Part shown: positions 1-13,700 of the stretch, in pieces
Layout: each line of letters starts with the position of its first letter
Position numbering within the stretch: the stretch's first letter is position 1
From: Trichoplax adhaerens
Taxonomy: Eukaryota; Animalia; Placozoa
Direction of reading: 5' to 3'
Length of the DNA stretch: 64,000 nucleotides
NCBI RefSeq assembly: GCF_000150275.1
Contig: NW_002060943.1
Coordinates: 10,785,515 to 10,849,514 of the forward strand
Program-made: the position numbers and the translations under genes
Notes under the pieces: generated by a model
The model's input: the letters and a program-made list of their open reading frames with translations, nothing else
What the model was told of the DNA's origin: nothing
The model's database searches: none

Positions 1-3000
1 TGATCTATCAGATAGTGAAAAATATCACAACTTTTTCAGGACATGTCCTGATATAACACATCTAACACGACCAATTCTACCGGTTTTAGCGCATTACAAT
101 TGGACAAGTGTGGCTATTTTACATACTGTTAGCGTAACCTTTAATAGGGTAATGCAATAATTGAATAATGAATTATATTAATAACTGGTATCGCTATACT
201 ACTAGATATTATAGATAGAACAAAATCAAATGCGTATCAGCGATAGCATGAGATTATGCAATGTATTATATACTGTAGGAAAAGTTTTAATATTAGCTTA
301 TTTGATGCTTAGGGTGTTGAAATACTGAGACACGATCTTGGAAAAGCTGGAATAAAAGTTTTAGCTGACGAAGAATTTACATATTTATCTAACTTAAAAA
401 GAGAACTAAAGAGTATTCTGGTAAGTAGGATTACATGAAATGTACAGAATTACCTTCCTTAGGTAACGTAAGTAATTGATACAGTCTATTTCTTTTAGTA
501 TTAGAGGGTTATGTCACAAGTTATTACGTCTCAACGAATTGTTACGCGACTTGTTATGAATTAATTAATGTAAAGTAGTCCTGCTGTAATATCTCAATTA
601 AATGATTGAGAAATTTCATGAATTAGCTTATTCTTATACCTATACCCAGTCATTCATGTAAATCGTCTGCACTTATCACCGTAAAAATGTTCACCATTTC
701 GCGTTTAATTACGATAGTTGCAGTCAGTTGATGAGAATTTTGTAGACTAGCTATTATTGTGATTATCGGATCAATAGTATCTATTCATTGGCGGTAAATT
801 CCCCAGAATGTCACGCAGCTTGTTTGCGATTAATTTAGAAAAGGTTTACAATTAGTATGGTCAAATAATAGAAAATTCGTGGATTAGCTTATTACATTAT
901 AATAACTCGTGTACCCGCATTTTATAAAATGTTGATAGTTGCCTATCAAAGATCTTACTAATTATCCGACTACCAGCACAGTAAAATTGATCTCATGTTC
1001 GAGTAAATTTTAAACCTTGATTTTAAATTATATTGAATTAATTAATTATACGCGTACATTAAATCTGAAAGAATTACTGTGTTGTTTGAGATTGTAATAC
1101 GTATATAGAATTTTTTATAGTTAGCATGTTAAAAATATGACAATTTATTACATAGAATTATTCGACAAATTACTGCTACAATTTATAAACCTAATCGTGC
1201 GTACTGTTTGTATATTTGTAGGATAGCAAAGCACATATCATTATTGCGCTTATTCACGAAGCTGATGCAGTGAAAGCTTTCTGCCAAGTAATTTTTTCAA
1301 GTTTAACATTTTATTCCGATATATTGTCTACTCATTTAGACTAGAATTAGTTGCGTTGCAATGTAATTTACTATACACAAATATTCAATAACTTTATCGG
1401 CAGTATTATATAGTATTTGGCTAAGTTATAACTACTTTATTCGAAAGCGTAGTATACGTATTTTTGATAATCACTGGATTCAGTATGGCTAATCTGTTTA
1501 CAACATTAGTGACAGCTAATCTCAATTTAATAGCCGTGCCGCTCTCTAGAAGAGCATCGAGGATTTGTTCTATTGTGATAGTATTTGTTAAAGATATCAA
1601 AAAATGCAACGTAGTAAATGTGCCGTATTTGCAAGAATGTAGCTATACCATGACTAATATATTGAAGGCCGGTTATAGATATTTAGAAGTGCTCTAGAGC
1701 AATTTAGCGAACATCCGTCCCCGATTTTTAGGTGTAGAAGAGTTTGTTGCTAGCTGATTGAGATATTATAGCATTTTATTATTAATAACAGGCCTGGTAC
1801 TTAGTCATTAACGCCTACTGTACGAACTAAATGAGAAACTTATTCAGTGATTAAGACATAAAGATCTGAGCATAGCAAACAAATAAGGAAATTAAATTTT
1901 AAACTGTTTTGACTATAAGAGTAAGATATTAATCCTAATATGGCTTAATCCTCTAAAGTATGTGTATTACTTTTAGAACAAATATTAAAAGAAGATTCAA
2001 AAATTTTTTTATTCTTAGTCATTGAAAGGCTAGCATTTTAGAGGGTGAAATATTTCTATCTATTTTCTAACTACAGTATAGTAATTTTAGCAAATACCAG
2101 CTTATATTTGGAGTAAATTACAGGCTACGGTAATAAATTATAGCAATTGTTTAGTGCCCTTGAAATTACACTTAAATAAGCAAAAGGAACTTACATACTG
2201 AGCTTTAACAACACCTTAAACACTAGGCTTTTCATCTTGGTCTTTACGGAAGGGAATATGTATGGTTTGTAACTAGTTGGATAACGGAAAATTTCTGGAC
2301 AAATAGTATCAATGATGCAAGTATTAACTGTACCTCTGAACAAATTAAAGAAGCTGCGCAGAATTATCTTATAGTAGATTTCGTTGAAATCGAATACAAT
2401 AATATCACTGCAGTATCGGGAATGGTAAGTTGAGCAAAATGTCTGGTAATATTCATATACTGTACTGGCCAAAGCACAAACATTACGCAAAGTATTAAGT
2501 AATTATCATTCAGAATTTTTTTCCAACTTGGCTAAAGTTTAACGTCATGAGAAAGTCTTATGCTAGTATGCCGCTATTTAATAACTGTGCTTTCATTACC
2601 ATATTTAGACTCCTTACCAATTTCAGCAACGCTACATAGACCTCGCTGAAAAAAAACAGATAGAAAAAAATCAATACGTTGGGTTTGCTTATGATGCTAT
2701 TTGGGCCATAGGATTGTGTCTTGATAATGTTATCCGAGAATTGGCTGCCGAAAACAAGAGCTTAGATGATTTTCGGTATAGTGATTCTTTTGTCGGTAGG
2801 ACCATTCTTAAAGAAATGCGCAAAGTAAAATTTCAGGGGATTTCAGTAAGTAACATAAATCCAGCTATTCGGTAGAGGGCCGTGGACTAACTATTGCAAT
2901 TCCTGTGATTACAATGACTATATTCTTGATTACTGACATTTATTGATAGTTAAATTATAATGACAGATACTATTGTTTGGACAGGGATTTAAAATATTGA

Positions 3001-5527
3001 ATAATTCTGATCAAGAGCCACCGGGTGTTAATCTTTTCAGGCAGCTACAAGGTGTGGCATAAACATAGGTATAAAGGCTGTAGTTAGCTGTATTTTTGAT
3101 ATGCTTTTATTAATATTTAGGGAACAGAATTGTGAATGTTGGATTAATAGATAAAAATGACAGAATAGATTTTCAGGCAACAGAGTTAGTACCTATACGT
3201 TGGACAGGTAGCTGCAACATTTACTTATTGTATATTAAAATAAATGTTAGATATTATTAAATGGAGGATAAACGCTAAATTATGAAATCTTATTAGGTGG
3301 ACGGCCACCAGTATCAGGATATATTATTGAAGAAGTTCATGCAGGAATACCGTTGTATCTGTTTATTATCATGGCTTCTTTATCATTTATTGGAATCATA
3401 ATAGCCGTCTTTTTTTTATTTTACAACTATCGATATCGAAATACTCGGTATTAAGATATGAAATAGATTAAGATAATATTTAACAATTTCATGTAGATGA
3501 ATTGTTATCTACATACGTAATTCACGAATTGATTATTAAAGTATCACCTATCATAAAATTTTAGTGGAATATTTATAAATGCAATCTTTCTTAGCCGAAG
3601 AACAAAAGCTTGTTAAATGATGTAAGATGACAGATATCAACGAGTAATAATTTCCCATATTATTAGCAAGATTAGGATATCAAGTCCAAATCTCAATTAT
3701 TTAATCCTGACTGGGTGCATCTTACTATACGCATCGGTTATTATCATGGGTATTGACGATAGTACAAGCTACCTTAATACATATTGCAAGGTAAGCCTGC
3801 AACTATCAATTATGCAACTTTGTCTTTATTACACATTGAAGTTGGCAGAAATTAGTGAGATCTTACTATCGGACTAACTCTTTTCGGAATTTGTACGTAG
3901 CAAAACTCAAAATCCTGTAATATTGGAGATTTGCAATCGAGATTGATTAAAATATTACATCACTTCAGCAGATACCTGATAAATTCCTAAAATTTACTCA
4001 ATTTCAAGTTGTTACGGAACATTACAGCTAGAATTTTTATAATTTCCTTAAATTTATATACCTGGATAGATAATACCATGGCTAAACAGTATTGGATTCT
4101 CCTTAGCAGCAGGGTCACTATTTGCTAAAACGTATAGAGCTTACAAAGTTTTAACGACTAGATTTCGAATAACTTCGGTAAGATACGTATATCTACGGTA
4201 AATATCGAAGCTGTCGCTGTGATAAGTAACTTCTATTACTTATCCATTATAATTATTACTTGTAGCCATTAAAAGATTCTCATCTACTTGCAATTGTCCT
4301 GATATTAATGGCAATTGAAGCTATTCTACTAACCTTTTGGACAGCAATCGATCCATTAAAGGCGGAAAAAATGGCAGCTCCGCCAATCGTAAGTTTATTT
4401 ATTCACTTTTATATCGTATCATTCGTATGTAAACTGTATGTAATAAGTTACGCATAAATATAGTTAACTAGACTACTACTCATTCTTATTTGAATCATAA
4501 TACTTTCTTGTAATAATTCTTATTCTATAAATCAATGCTAGTCTGATCCTAATCGATACAAATATAAAATTGTACATACTTACTGGGTATGTACATGCAA
4601 TTATGGCGTTTATTGGCTTATCGCTACACTCATCCTGAACGGCATAGTGTTACTATTTGGGGCTTTTTTAGCTTACGAATCAAGAAAAATTAAACTCTCA
4701 GAGCTGAATGATTCTAAACAGATTGCTCTCTGTATATATAACATAACAATTTTGTGCATTATTATTATACCGATATCGTTTGTTATACCCAACAGTCATG
4801 GCGAAGTTTACGCCGCTATTGGTTGTCTAATATTGTATTGCACAACCATGTCATTATTTACCTTTTTCTTCCCTAAGGTACGACTAAGTTTTGTTATAAA
4901 TACCTGTACTTATTAAAAAAACTACGATTTATATTTAAGTGTCAAGCAGATGATATGCACTTTCTAATATTGGTATAAATATGACATTATGTTTACCTAG
5001 ATGAAGGGCAATGCTAAACCTTCTAGTATTCGATTTAGAATGAATGAAAATGCTTCAAGTAGGATGGCTAGCGAAAAATACGAAAGCGCTATGGGAAACT
5101 CAGAATTAATGTTATCTTGCAGGTAGACAAATTAAATTTTTTCATTTATATTCTAATAGTGAATATAAAAGAGGGTGCGAGGAAAATAAGGCACGAATCG
5201 TACGATAGTAGAAGCATTTAGGATGTACTTTTTACTAATCGCCTCGAAATAAAATACATCAAACTTGAAAATCGTTTTAATTAATTAATGCTGATCGTTG
5301 TGATATTAAATTTCATAACTTCTCTCTGCACCCCCCCCCCAAAAATATGTGAGAACATTCTGGTTTTATTTTAAAATTAAAACAGTTTATTCGTCACTAG
5401 CTTCGAATGAAATAATGCCACTACCATCCCAATTATCTCAAATATGTGTTAAGTAGGGCTGCTTTTAACTGTCTTATATTCATGTAGGTACAAGGAAGGC
5501 AATGGCAAACGGCAAACTGCTGTATAA
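1..5527 (+). CDS. GABA-B-like class C GPCR, paralogue 1 (5' end outside window)
   Basis: About 14 GT-AG exons splice in frame: LSDSEKYHNFFRTCP (1-148), AFHLGLYGREYVWF (~2227-2424), GFAYDAIWAIGLCLD (~2609-2845), ISSPNLNYLILTG, LFAKTYRAYK, LFGAFLAYESRKIKLSELNDSKQIALCIYN...FFPK (to 4877). Venus-flytrap plus 7TM with no Cys-rich domain is GABA-B architecture. The end is either TAG at ~5126 or a spliced last exon 5488-5527. Confidence 0.9.
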
Positions 5528-7756
5528 GATATCTTCATGTAAACTCGGTAATGACATACAGCAGCAATTCCAGTCCATGGAATGATAAAAGCTTAAATTA
5601 TGCTATTTTACGAAAAATACGTGTACTTTTGAATTGAGTGTGGTTATGCTATGATAGTTTAAGACAATTTTGAATAGAAGGATGTTTTTTTGACCCATTT
5701 TACATGCTTATTTATAGAAATGATTACAAAAATTCATAGGGTGGTTTGATAATCTTAATTTAAGATCGTGTTGAGTCAGAATAGCTGTGCATTTCCAAAA
5801 CTATAAATTCTATTATATGTTCTTGCATTCATCTCTGTTTAAAATATATATCTGAAATTGTGCTTGAATGGATAACAATCAGTTTAGATTGTCATTTATG
5901 TACAGGTTGCTAGCAGCCATGTAGCGTTTGGCAATCAAAATTGAAAGTTTGAAATTAATTTTAGTAAAATTTCTAAATAATTCAATTTTATCATAAGCAA
6001 GGAGATTGATTTAGCTAGATTATTGTAGATATTGTCGAAGATTAAATTTTAACTTTATGGTTATTTCTGTAGTCCTTCTCTTTTAACGAATCTACATGTA
6101 AATAAAGACATTTTCCCCTTTATGCACTACAGTTTACATCTACCGTGGTAATGTTTGTTAAGACATCCTTGCAAATCAAAATAAATCTAAGGATTTTCTT
6201 GTATACTGGTTGTCAATCAGATTTCCTTTTGGAAGTTCGACTCCAAGAATGTACTGCATTTTGTAAATTTTATACTCAAAATCGTAGTTAAGAATCTCAT
6301 ACTGCAGTATAAAAGTACCAGAAATATTCCATCTCGAAAAATTAGTTGATAGGTACCCTTGCAGTATGCATGTAAGAGTATGTCAAACTTCCATTGCTTC
6401 TTATTAGACCATCAAAGTTTGACGATTGAAAATAGATTATATTTACTACAGAATATCTATTTCTTCAAGACCTTTACAAGATTTGTGGCTACAATTCTGC
6501 ACTTCCACCTTGAAATCCGGCTGGTTATAAAAGTAATAAAAATCAATATTTCTATTTAGGATTGTTTGCCAATTTTTGATCATGCTGCATTAAATCTTAA
6601 ATGTTTCAGTGGAGCATATTCTGTAACTCAAGAATTTAATATATTTGATAAGCATATTATACCATAGTTATGGTGTTGATAATCTCTCGTTATAAGAGTA
6701 GTAGAAATACTAGTAAATAGTTAATCAAAGAAAGTGGTTAATATGTGTTCTAGTTGCTTATCATATTGTGGCATTTTACTTATTAAATGATCAAACATTG
6801 CATTTATAGAATAGAGTGCTCTATATCCTCGGTACTTTCCAGAATTATTTCAAGTCGAATTTGACGATTTAACGTTATCTTCTCATTTCAATCAGCTTAC
6901 AGCCAGCATGATTAAACGTATTATAAAAATACTATCTCTAGCTTAATAATTATAATTGATGGAATTTTAATCCTACAACATCAAATCAAAACTTTCACAA
7001 CGGATTTTTCGTTGGGCAGGTGTTTTAAGTCTAATAAATAGTAAATATTATGATATGGTCGCATTAAATATTAACTGTGAGTGAATAAAGCGAGTCAAGA
7101 TGTCGTATACTCCTTTTTAACGGTACTGTAAATAATATTATCTATTGCATCGGAATGTTCTCAACTTATTCAACACGGTTTATAAATTTGGTCGAGTGAT
7201 AATCGCTTACTAGTAACCATAAATCAATCATACTTCAAATATAGTTTTACTTCGTAATGATATCGCTATTTGTGTTGTAATATTTATAATTTGAATTATT
7301 AAAGATTCTTTCAATCTGGTTACTGTTTGATATACATGCAGAGCTATACTGCTAAGATAGAAACTAGTATTTATTAATCACCTCATAAACAATTAATCTG
7401 TCCTTTTATAGGTCCTAAATTCTGTAACGCTTTAATCATAAGTTAACTTATTATGCAGCGCTGCCGCAGGTGAGAATTATCATCAAGATTATAGCTCATT
7501 CAGTAGTTAACCATATAAAGTAATTGTAACAAAAATTCTTTTTAACAATGTTGCAGTCTGTTTTCGAGATGTAGTCATAAAACTCAGTACGGTACTTTTA
7601 CTGGTCATAGTACTGTGTATTCGATGCAAATCACAGCTTACTGTCCCCAGTTAAAATTGCTGTTGACGAGAAAAATTCCGTATTGGAAAAAGCGAAAAAT
7701 TTCAATCAACTTGTGCCCGACAACGTTACTACCGATTATTTCTAATTTGGAACAAG

Positions 7757-10700
7757 ATGATACAACAAATATTGTTAAACTTGATGTTATTTCTCATCAT
7801 CGGCTTAATATTTCATCCTGGTAATGGTGAACATTATACGCACGAAAATGAATTCAATATGGAACAACATAATAAAGGAGATTTATACATTGGAGGACTC
7901 TTTCCTGTGCATTCTATTGGTTGGGATGCCAGTGGTGTTATACCTGCCGTTGAAATGGCTCTGGAAGACATAAATAATCGATCGGATATCCTAGCGGGCT
8001 ACAAGCTTAAATTACTATGGAAAGATACTCAGGTAAAGTATTTCCTTCAAGCAGTCTCGAATTTTCAACTCTATTTTAAAACATTTCGTCGAGTAGAAGC
8101 CACTGCATAGAAGAACATTACGACTGAATTACACAAACTGGTTTCTTGTGCCATGTATATTTTCGCTGACAGTGATTGTGGTTTGACATACGGTACTATT
8201 GAGGAAATGTCGAAATTAAAACTTTTTCAGAGTTCTTTTACGGAAACAAAGTTGAAAACTTGATAGCGTTTACTAGCACCGCAGACACCCTTTGTTCTCA
8301 ATTTTTTTCATAATTTACGGTAACTCGTATGAAAAATTTTAAAGTCCATGCAATATGATATCGTTTATGATTCTATTTTTGTCATTCAAATCAAATAAAA
8401 TATTGCAGTCGTCCATATACAATTTGATCTATCTGGATTTTGCCGTGCGACAAGATTTAGCTAGTATACTATAGCGTTGAGACATTGATGGTAATCTACT
8501 GCATAGTGATAGAGATAATCCATTGGAATTTATTTTGTACCAACGGCTTTTGCTCGTTTAAGGAGAGATTATAATTACCAGACTTTCTATTATAATAACG
8601 ACGGCCATTCGTCGAGATTAATTCACTTTCTATTTAAGCAGACGTCATCTATGTTTTTTAGGGCAAGAATCACGTAGGTTTATCGGCATACTACGACATT
8701 CTTCGTAAGCCTCCAACCAAAGTTACAATCTTGGGGCCTGGATTTACGAATATAGCCACAATGACGGCGGAGAATTCCCATTTTTATAATTTAGTGCAGG
8801 TAACATGATAAATAAAGTAAGATAGGTGACCGTGATACAGATTATTATTATTATAGGATCACGTACGGTGCTCTAACCTTGTCTTTAAAGATATTCAGCC
8901 TGTAAAATTATTTTCTCGAATTATTTCGTTGCATATCGGCTGGTATTTCTTAACGTTATGACGATAAAAAATTTCTAGTGGTAGTTTGGATATTTAATGC
9001 TTACGGCTTAAATTTCACCATTTTGCGGCTGTAAAGATTAAAATATCATTGTATAGCTAGCAATCGTTATTACCATAGTTGATTTTATTTTTCCTATAAG
9101 ATTAGAATAGATTCGATTGGATAATGGCCGGATCACTATAGTTTTTATTAATTCTGTAATATTAATTAAAATACATTCACTATTCCACATGCTCTGACTA
9201 CTATCAATTAGTTGTAAAATAACCGGGTGAAAATTTCATAAACCGTTAGTGAAAGTGCTACTTTGCTGAAAATGGATTAGTGTCTCAGCGAATTTTTATT
9301 ACCAACACGGTGATTGATGAAATTTTGCCCGAAGCAATCATATCAGCCCTGATGCCACTGAATGTAGTAATATTTTTAGTTTTCTTATATAAACTGTTTA
9401 TATTACCAAGTTTTCCTAAGACTATGTTGACTACGTCATTCAATTTGATCAGGCAGAAAATTACGAAAGATGAAATATTGGAACTTGCAATTTTATTATC
9501 GCTGATATTTACCTTCATTTTGCGGTTTAAACTGGTAGATAAATATTGTGATGTATTGCAGTCTTCAATTTCGTTCTTAATTAACCAATTTTATTTTACT
9601 GCCTGTATAATACCTGACGATTTGTCTTATAACGCTAATAGAAGACTCTTGCTCTTTCCATCTTGCTTAAATACCAGAAAGAAAATAATCCCTTGTAACT
9701 GTATTCATACCATACGTAAATGTAGATTTTATCCTTCGTTTCTATCTAGGCTTACTTTGTTCATTTTTGATCGGTTCTAATTCCTCCAAATAGTAACTGT
9801 TGAGAGTTCTAATTTCGTCACCCATTTTAAAGATTTAGTTGCCAATAGATCAATACTGTACTGTGTCGCGCTTTTTATTTTCTGATTATAATTAAACACA
9901 CTCCTGCACCTGATTAATTGACTTTATTGCGTATCAAACCTACGTAATATTGTTAATAGTGATCTTTATTCTTCATCTTGTTTTTACCAAATCGTTGAGG
10001 GGAGTACTACGTTAAGAAATAGTATAAAATGTTCTATGTTACAACAACATTTTTGTTCAGTAAATATCTCAAAAATAAATGCTTTACAGTAATATTCGAA
10101 GCAGATTTTATTAATATCATCAAACAGTCGATAACCCTTGAATGAAATGTTTCCCTATCTGTTCACTTAGAACGAAGAAAAGCAAAAATGAGAAATTACT
10201 TCATCATCATTAGTAAATTTAATGCTTTATTTCAAGTTTGCGTGTTTAATTAACATCATAATTGTCATTTTCTTCTCGCAGGTATCCTACTCAGCAGAGG
10301 GTGCTCGTTTATCAGACAGAAATCTCTTTCCTACGTTTTTTCGTACCTGCTATAATCCGAGTTCATTCAGTTCACAATTAGTAACCATATTACTTCATTT
10401 CAACTGGACTGAAGTTGGCCTTCTTTATGCGAATAGTGACGATTTTAGCCATGTAAGTCGGCTTTAAAAGTAATAATAACAAGATCTACATCTTTTTCTC
10501 CTTGTGGTCATTTCAAGACGAATACCGCATAGTTGATAAACAAAATCGATTTGTTAATTATCACTATTCATCATAGTCGGTAAATTCATTAAAGAAGAGC
10601 TTCTCTCAAGCTGGTATCAAAATTGCTATTGCTGAAGACTTTGCTGCCGGTTCATCTATGGAACGAGAAGTTACTCGGATTAAGGTATATCGTAAATAAT

Positions 10701-13700
10701 GCTTAAAGTTTTAAATCATTTGATTGTTTTCTTAACCAGATTAAAGTTTAAGAAATGCATAGAATAGCCATTTGATTCATGTATAAATTAGATTATTCTC
10801 ATCATAAGGAATCAAAAGTAAATATCATTATCGGTTTATTCCATGTTGAAGATTCATGGAAGGTATTTTGCCAGGTAGGAAAGATTTATATCCATTAGAA
10901 TCTCTGTATTAGTAAGTCATTCAGTTAATCCATCATTGCTGCTATCAAAACAACCAATTTTAATTTGCTAAATGGATAAATAGAGGTCGCGTATTTTAAT
11001 TTAAACAGATGACATTAATCTACTTGTAACTTTGTATATGTTACAGTTTTTAATTTCTATGATAAACGATTGAATTAGGCTTTTACGTTACAGATCTGCG
11101 TGATTGCACGAGAGACAGAAATTTTAACTAATAAAGATAGCCATAAACACAGCAACTTCTAATTAAAATAAAATTTAATCCGTCTTTGTTTTAATTATTA
11201 ATTGTATCAGCCAACCAGCATGGTAATTAGCTTTTTAATTGGCAATCTATACTTATAGAAGAGATAAAATTTTAAGTAGGATGTAAGTTTGTCTACCAGC
11301 ACAGGACCTTTAGTTTTAAATAAGTTTTAATTGGAATATAACTTTGCATTTTTGCCTATATCGATCAACGTTTTAAATTCGGATTTACGTTGGTAATCTA
11401 CGTAATGATAGAAGAAATAGTACTTTTATTTAGCAAATGAATTAACGAATATGATACTTTTCATTAAAAAAGATTTAATATAGCGAAATGAAACTTTATA
11501 TTGTTACTGGTCTGATTTTAACCATATCGACCAACACTTTGAATTAGGCTTTTAAGTTAGCCATTTATGGATACGATTACGCTTGGATTATTCCTAGTTG
11601 GCTGTCTAAAGAATTTTGGATAAAGTCTAACAACATCCAAGGTGTAAATTGCACCTATGACCAAATACTACAAGCATCACAATATTCCCTTGCCATTGAT
11701 CATTCAAAGAGCAATGTACTAAATAGATCGACAGTATCGGGCATGGTATATATTTCATAATTTTTTTACCAATCTAGTAGATAAAATGAGATCATCAGAT
11801 TAAGAGTTTAATTATATATCTGATTATTTCATTTCTAGTAGAGATTTATCCTTTCTTGTGTTCATGCTATTTCTTTACATATTCATTCCTTAGAGTAGAT
11901 TTAAATATGAAGTTGGTTTCTGATAAAGCAATCAAAGTTTTGGTTATATAATATTAATTATAATTTTATGGTAATATATGCAGACTCCATTAATGTTTCG
12001 GCGACGATACCAAGAGCGACTTCAAACTAATAATTACACTTGCCGAATAAATCCTTATGCTGGGTTTGGTTACGATGCTGTGTGGGCAGTTGCACTAGCT
12101 TTAGATAATTCCATTCAAGAATTAAAAATGTACAACAAGACTTTAACTGACTTTAGTTATAACGATTCAGAGATGGGTGGCATAATTTTACATCAAATGG
12201 GGCTAATCGAGTTTGAAGGAGTAACAGTAAGAAAGTGCTTTCTAACTAACTAAATATTTTAATGGAAGAATAAGCCAGCTTAGCTTATATTTTTTAACCT
12301 TATTAATGTTAAAGTGCAACTTTATTCATATTATTATGATATTTTGGTACCTCAATTTAGAATTATATTAAGTTTGATAAGTTTGGAAATGTTCAGCCAC
12401 GTAAGACCTATTTAAAGCAGTTACAAGGTATCTTTAATAAGCTTTCAACAATGAATTTTATTAAGCTTAGTCAGGAATGAGTTTGGTATTAAAGAAAATT
12501 ATTACAGTAGGTGACACTATCATAACGATGCTATTTCTAATTAAATATTCTTATTCTTCATACTTGTAGGTGGAGAATTACAAATTGTCGGCATTATTTT
12601 AGCTAATTCTAACCGAATTAGCTATCAGAGTCCCCAAGTATCTCCGTTGATATGGCCAGGTAACATGCCGAAGACTATTAATACGATGCCTAATGTCTTC
12701 ACTCAATTTTTTCATACAGATTTAGTAACTATCTTATATTAACTTACGCTTTTGGTTTGTCTTATATTATCATTTGATGATATTGGGATGAAATAGTATT
12801 TCTACTGTAGTAACTATATTTTTCTCTACTACTATATTCACCTTAAAATTATTGATCTTTTCGTTTACTTTACTCTACGGTACTCTTTGATGTTATATGG
12901 AAGAAATACAGTACTATAACTAATATACCTGGTAATTTTATGATTTTTCTCCGTTAACTGAACAACTACCTTGAGATTATAAGGCTCTTCATTTTATCAT
13001 TTGCTACTATAAGTTAAAATAAGATCAATACGCTTTGAATAGAATAGAGTTTGGTTTCCCTTGTCTTTAGTCACTACTCTTAAATTTTCTAATCTTCATT
13101 TATCTAATTTAGATGACCACACTCCGGTTGCAAAATATCGTTTTGTCCTCATCAATATTGGAATTTCCCCAATACAGTTTTATTTTATGACAGTCTTAGC
13201 GGTAACTGGTATTTTACTCTCCACGACATTAATTATGTGTAATTTCAAATTTAGGCAGGAAAGGTAACTAAAAATTGATGAATACTCGTGCAGCCCAGGC
13301 CGCAGCATAAGATTTGTTTCTTAAAAACGTTTGCAATCTCAGTATATCAGTTACTAATTATAGCAGTTTCTATATAATAACAATTGTAGCTCTCTGGTTA
13401 CCTAGCTTATTAAATTTTTAATGTTATTAGTGTAATAAGGTACAGTTCTACATTAAATTAACTCTATAGCACAATGATGTAATATTAAAAGGTCTTTAAA
13501 CTTTCAACTGAACAATAAATAATGGAATTATTTATGTGATTGAATTAAGCACATATAACGTTACTAAGTTCTTAAGTATTATGTACGCGTATACTAGCAC
13601 AATTTAGTGATCATAATATTAATAAATTTGATAAATAGCTAACGATAAACATTGATATTTGTTCGTCGTAGTTTTTATCCCATCGAGAATAAATAATAAA

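Noticed and set aside
9280-9780. 166-aa hydrophobic ORF inside a GPCR2 intron
   Set aside because: Non-ATG start, AT-rich Ile/Leu/Phe/Lys composition, no motif; the GPCR2 exons splice cleanly around it.
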